64,000 bases of DNA from positions 15,496 through 79,495 of the forward strand of contig CAXXFV010000036.1 of assembly GCA_963674595.2 (NCBI GenBank), written 5' to 3'. Each line of letters begins with the position of its first letter. Within the stretch, counting starts at the first letter, position 1. Source of the DNA: a bacterium. GTDB lineage: Bacteria > Zhuqueibacterota > Zhuqueibacteria > Residuimicrobiales > Krinioviventaceae. The translations under genes were made by a program, and so were the position numbers. Shown piece by piece: positions 60,202 to 64,000 of the stretch. Under the pieces are notes generated by a model. That model made no database searches. It saw only the letters and a list, made by a program, of their open reading frames with translations, and was not told the DNA's origin.

Positions 60202-62585
60202 TCCTTAGAACCTTTAATAATTTGTGGTGAAAAGCTGTGTTTACCTAAAAAGTATAACACCAAAAGTATATCTGTTTTTAACAACTCTTTATTATCAATG
60301 TTTTTTAATCTTTCCCGGACTTCTTTTAAAAACCAAAATGCTAAACCCAGTTTTGTATCCCTGTATATTGTATAATATAACATAGCTTCATCGTTTTTAC
60401 TTTGCTGACCATATATTTGTTCTATAATATCTTTCATAATGTTATATAATATTTTAACAGATGAATTAAAGGAATCATTCTGGAATAATTTTTTTAGAAT
60501 TGTCAGATTTTTCAAAATCCTGGAATTATTATTATTTTTCAGGTTTTTATTGATGTTTTTGATTATTTCTGTAAAAAGTTTATTTAAATGACTGCTTTTA
60601 GCTTGTTCACTTGTTATAAAGGGGTAAAACTCACCCGGTTTTCCAATTAAATTTCCAAAGGCAATAGCTAATTGTTTTCTTAGAATAGGATTGCTGGTGT
60701 TATGCATTCGTGGCAGTATAAACCAGGCGGCTTCAATAATTCCATGTTGTGATACAACCTCGGCGCTTTGAGTTACCACTCTTTCAGTATGGTTTTCATC
60801 AAGCAAACCCAGCAACTGTTTTACTGAACTTTTGTCACCAATGTTCCCAATGGCTTCAATGCAGGCTGTTTGCACTTCTTCAGAAGAGCTGTCCAGGCAG
60901 GCAATGAGCGACGGCAATGCTCGTTTATCACCAATTTTCCCAAGAGCCTTTGCTGCCTGTTGTTGAATTCCGTAATCCGCATTATTCAGCCTTTCAATAA
61001 GTGCTTCAACAGAATCCGGTGACTGTATTCGTCCCAACGCTTCGGCTGCTTCTTTGCGAACATCCGTATTCGGATCATCAAGTCTTGTCATAACTTCAGT
61101 TAAAGCAAGTGACCCGGAGGAACCTTCTATGTCCCGCAAGGCTTTAACAACTTTGTCTGAACTCGTCGGTTTTGTTATAATGCTCATGTTTGAAAAGGTT
61201 TTTAATATTCCCGGAGAAGCAATACGTGATACAACAAAACCAATCGGTTTTTCACCGCCTTCTTTTATTCGAAAGAGTATAAGAACACTGATGGTGCATA
61301 AACATAAATTGGCCAATACAACGATATGAAAACTTGAAATAACAAAACCGGACCATAATTCCGTTCTGAACCCTGCCAACATATCATATAATATACCACC
61401 CAGTAAAGAACCGGTCCCGTTTGCAATACCGGCGAATGCCATGAACCAGCTAATGTAGGTTGTTTTGTTTTTTTGCGGGGTGATTGTCAACATGAGTTGG
61501 TTAATACCTTCCAAAAAGACAGGTAAGCCAATACCTGTTATAATGGCAATAAACGGTATGATTAACGCATAGTTTGACGATGTTAAAAGAAACCAGCCAA
61601 TACCTGCCAGATAGGACAAACTCCCCAAAAGAACAACAGGCTTTCTGCCAAAACGGTCCATTATTATGCCCCATTGTGACATTGTTGCAATGGTAGCCAG
61701 TTGGGTATTTATAACAAGAAGACCAAGCCAGATGTTTGGCGCGCCGATGGTGTCTTTTCCTGTTAAATAGGGACCTAAAAATGGCGCTAAAATGTTATTG
61801 GATAACATATATAACATAAAAGACAGGAAAAAGCGGCGAAAGTTTTCGTTTTTCAGGGGTTCTATAAAACTATTAAACTTGATTGGTTCGCGTGGTTCGA
61901 AATTCTTTTTTTCCGGAATAAAAACATGCAAAACGATATCAATAACGCCACCGAGAGCAGCTATGATAAATACCACGGTAAATACCGTTAATACATGGCT
62001 GCTAAAGATATCCAGAAAAAGCATGACTAAAAAGAACCACACCATACTGACAGCTTTTGTCACAGCAACCCGTCGACCAAAAAAAGAGGCCCTGATATTT
62101 TCCGGTATTAAATCCGACATCCAGGCATACCATCCGGAAGAACTTGTGTTTGCTACTGAAAAAGAAAGTGTTAATGATATAATAAATACAAGAATTCCGG
62201 TTTGCCGGTCCCCGCCGTTTATAATATAAAGGGTTACAAAAGCAGGGGCAAAACCTAAAAGCCTGTGTATAATATGAAAAAGATACCAGAAAGGTTTTAA
62301 AGAAACCAACCGGCTGTAAATCGGAATTTCAACAAGGTGGAACACATTTGTAAAATGGATCAATGCCACCATTAAACCAAGTAAAAAGGCAGAACCACCC
62401 AGATGGTTTTTAAAGAATATATTTAAAATGTATTCCGGGACATACGTTGCAATCCATAAGGTACCAATGGCGCCTGCCCAAATGCTCATGGACATTGATC
62501 CTTCAAGTTTGCCGGCGGAAATTGGGCGGCTGGTTGGGCGAAAGTATTTCCCGAATTTTATTGTCATTTTTCGTTTTAAAGTCAT
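60198..62585 (-). CDS. MFS transporter fused to HEAT repeats
   Basis: About 12 TM with WMSDLIP..R..FFG and MDRFGRKP; C-terminal VRKEAAEALGRI and IQQQAAKALGKIGD repeats. Confidence 0.85.
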   Translation of the reverse strand: MTLKRKMTIKFGKYFRPTSRPISAGKLEGSMSMSIWAGAIGTLWIATYVPEYILNIFFKNHLGGSAFLLGLMVALIHFTNVFHLVEIPIYSRLVSLKPFWYLFHIIHRLLGFAPAFVTLYIINGGDRQTGILVFIISLTLSFSVANTSSSGWYAWMSDLIPENIRASFFGRRVAVTKAVSMVWFFLVMLFLDIFSSHVLTVFTVVFIIAALGGVIDIVLHVFIPEKKNFEPREPIKFNSFIEPLKNENFRRFFLSFMLYMLSNNILAPFLGPYLTGKDTIGAPNIWLGLLVINTQLATIATMSQWGIIMDRFGRKPVVLLGSLSYLAGIGWFLLTSSNYALIIPFIAIITGIGLPVFLEGINQLMLTITPQKNKTTYISWFMAFAGIANGTGSLLGGILYDMLAGFRTELWSGFVISSFHIVVLANLCLCTISVLILFRIKEGGEKPIGFVVSRIASPGILKTFSNMSIITKPTSSDKVVKALRDIEGSSGSLALTEVMTRLDDPNTDVRKEAAEALGRIQSPDSVEALIERLNNADYGIQQQAAKALGKIGDKRALPSLIACLDSSSEEVQTACIEAIGNIGDKSSVKQLLGLLDENHTERVVTQSAEVVSQHGIIEAAWFILPRMHNTSNPILRKQLAIAFGNLIGKPGEFYPFITSEQAKSSHLNKLFTEIIKNINKNLKNNNNSRILKNLTILKKLFQNDSFNSSVKILYNIMKDIIEQIYGQQSKNDEAMLYYTIYRDTKLGLAFWFLKEVRERLKNIDNKELLKTDILLVLYFLGKHSFSPQIIKGSKE

Positions 62586-62928
62586 TTTTTCTCGCTGTTA
62601 GTAATAGTTGTAAAAACGATTAAAGTATAAAAAAGTTAATTATAATGCAATGAACTTTTTAGTGCCGGCATAAGCTTTTATTACCTTTCATTTCAAAGGG
62701 CTGTTTGTTTTATACATTTTGGTATAGTATATGCTTTATACAAAGTGTTAAAAAAATTTTTTTTTAATAAAGAATATAAACTTTTCTCTTATTGTTTTAA
62801 TTAGTGTTACAGTTAATCAGTTTTGTTGCGATTTGAACTGTGGGACAAATTATAACCAATTTGTGGCATATCGTATACAAAACTGAATATTGGTAAAATT
62901 AATTCAAACTAAAATTGGCAGCGATGTG

Positions 62929-64000
62929 ATGCAGCGTATGATTTCTCAATTTCAGATAGTAACAAAGCTCGTTATATTATTTCTTTTCCTGTCTTCCGGT
63001 TTATGGGCAACAACCGTTGCTCAATACGAAATTGCTGATATTGTTCTGGAAGGAGGAACCTACAGTAATCCGTATACTCAGGTTGATTTGGCTATAGAAT
63101 TTACAACACCAGGTGGTTCAACTTTCGCTCTTAATGGCTTTTGGGATGGGGACAGTACCTGGATTATCCGGTTTACACCGACCATCGTTGGTGACTGGAG
63201 CTATACCACAACTTCAAATGATACGAAATTAAACGGATTAACCGGAACCATTACCTGTACGTCATCTTCATATCATGGTTTCCTGCAGAAAAGCGGTCTG
63301 TTCTTTCAATATGAAAACGGGTCTCATTGCTTTAGGATGGGCGACACATGCTGGCGTATGTTTCGTAGTAAAAATGCAGCTTTTGAAACTCATTTCAAAC
63401 CGCTTGTGAATGCAAGAGCAAATCAGGGTTTTAATTATATCTGTGGCTCAATATACCACCTGGGTGATCCGAATATTAATGAGGGTGGCAATTTATGGTA
63501 TGATGATTCGAATCTGGATTCATTGCAGACAGGTTATTTTACGTGGGTTGATAAACGAATGGATTATTTAAGGTCAAAAGACTTTATTGTTGGTTTATAT
63601 TTAACATGGGCACAAAATTTTGTTTTATTTTCGCAGGAACAATTTGAAAGATTCACAAAATATGTTATAGCGCGCTATGCTGCTTATAACGTTGTATGGG
63701 TTATTTCCGGTGAATATAGTGAAGTAGGCCAGCCTTCTGACTATGGATATTTTGGATCTGTTATTGAAGCCAATGATCCTTATAATCATTTGATCTCCAT
63801 TCACCCCAGTGGTAACGAATCCAACTCTCAGGATTTTGGTGTTTTCAGTCCGTGGTTGTCGTTTATAATGCAGCAATATTTTGGTACACCTGATTATTTA
63901 GGTCAGACAATTACGAATGACCGAAACAGGGGTATTCCCGTTTGTAATGATGAGTTTGGTTATGAAGGCCCAACAGACACCGGCAATCCTTTTTATTTTC
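62929..64000 (+). CDS. exported DUF5060/DUF4038 (apiosidase-like) protein; runs off the 3' end and is absent from the ORF track
   Basis: Hand translation: MQRMISQFQIVTKLVILFLFLSSGLWA..YSNPY..GFWDGDSTWIIRFTP..GDWSY..MGDTCW..ARYAAYNVVW..GE..ISIHP..NDEFGYEG. Confidence 0.8.
   Translation, partial: MQRMISQFQIVTKLVILFLFLSSGLWATTVAQYEIADIVLEGGTYSNPYTQVDLAIEFTTPGGSTFALNGFWDGDSTWIIRFTPTIVGDWSYTTTSNDTKLNGLTGTITCTSSSYHGFLQKSGLFFQYENGSHCFRMGDTCWRMFRSKNAAFETHFKPLVNARANQGFNYICGSIYHLGDPNINEGGNLWYDDSNLDSLQTGYFTWVDKRMDYLRSKDFIVGLYLTWAQNFVLFSQEQFERFTKYVIARYAAYNVVWVISGEYSEVGQPSDYGYFGSVIEANDPYNHLISIHPSGNESNSQDFGVFSPWLSFIMQQYFGTPDYLGQTITNDRNRGIPVCNDEFGYEGPTDTGNPFYF

Noticed and set aside
62863-62880. TGGCAT as a sigma54 promoter for the last gene
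   Set aside because: The -12 element (ATAC) does not match TTGC
63625-63876. 83-aa minus-strand ORF
   Set aside because: Shadow of the plus-strand DUF5060/DUF4038 gene that runs off the window

Overview
AT-rich, gene-dense bacterial chromosome segment. I found no rRNA, tRNA, CRISPR array, prophage or IS. Canonical sigma70 promoters, GGAG Shine-Dalgarno sites and an LPVELSSF...YPNPFNP (FlgD-Ig/T9SS-like) tail point to a non-Bacteroidota FCB-group organism, such as KSB1 or Calditrichota (inference). Contents in order: 5'-truncated dnaE, adenosine deaminase, a DtxR-feoA-feoB-TonB receptor operon with tandem operators, tdh, an RRM protein, many glycan-active genes (GH36, GH92, GH109, GxGYxYP, CE4-like, BNR, DUF5060/DUF4038), a MarR-methyltransferase pair, a PIG-L/GT4/GH100-like triad, a sigma54 activator, fabF with a FabK/FabX-like gene, an NYN protein, and an MFS-HEAT/LysE/URO-D-like/YhcH cluster. 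Two candidate undescribed systems stand out. (1) At 17.8-21.9 kb, a signal-less 70-aa peptide with a PEP-CTERM-like anchor and acidic-context tyrosines is coupled to a phosphodiesterase-TPR gene and a sulfotransferase, followed by a secreted YGW-motif protein. (2) At 24.3-35.3 kb, a VTC polyphosphate-polymerase domain and DUF4956 sit with an HlyD-propeller fusion and TolC but no pump; this operon shares an upstream motif with an adjacent Kelch/DUF4270/OMP operon. All detected frameshifts and in-frame stops fall between 12.3 and 21.5 kb and may be local assembly errors. All family calls come from motif recognition by eye; no database searches were run.
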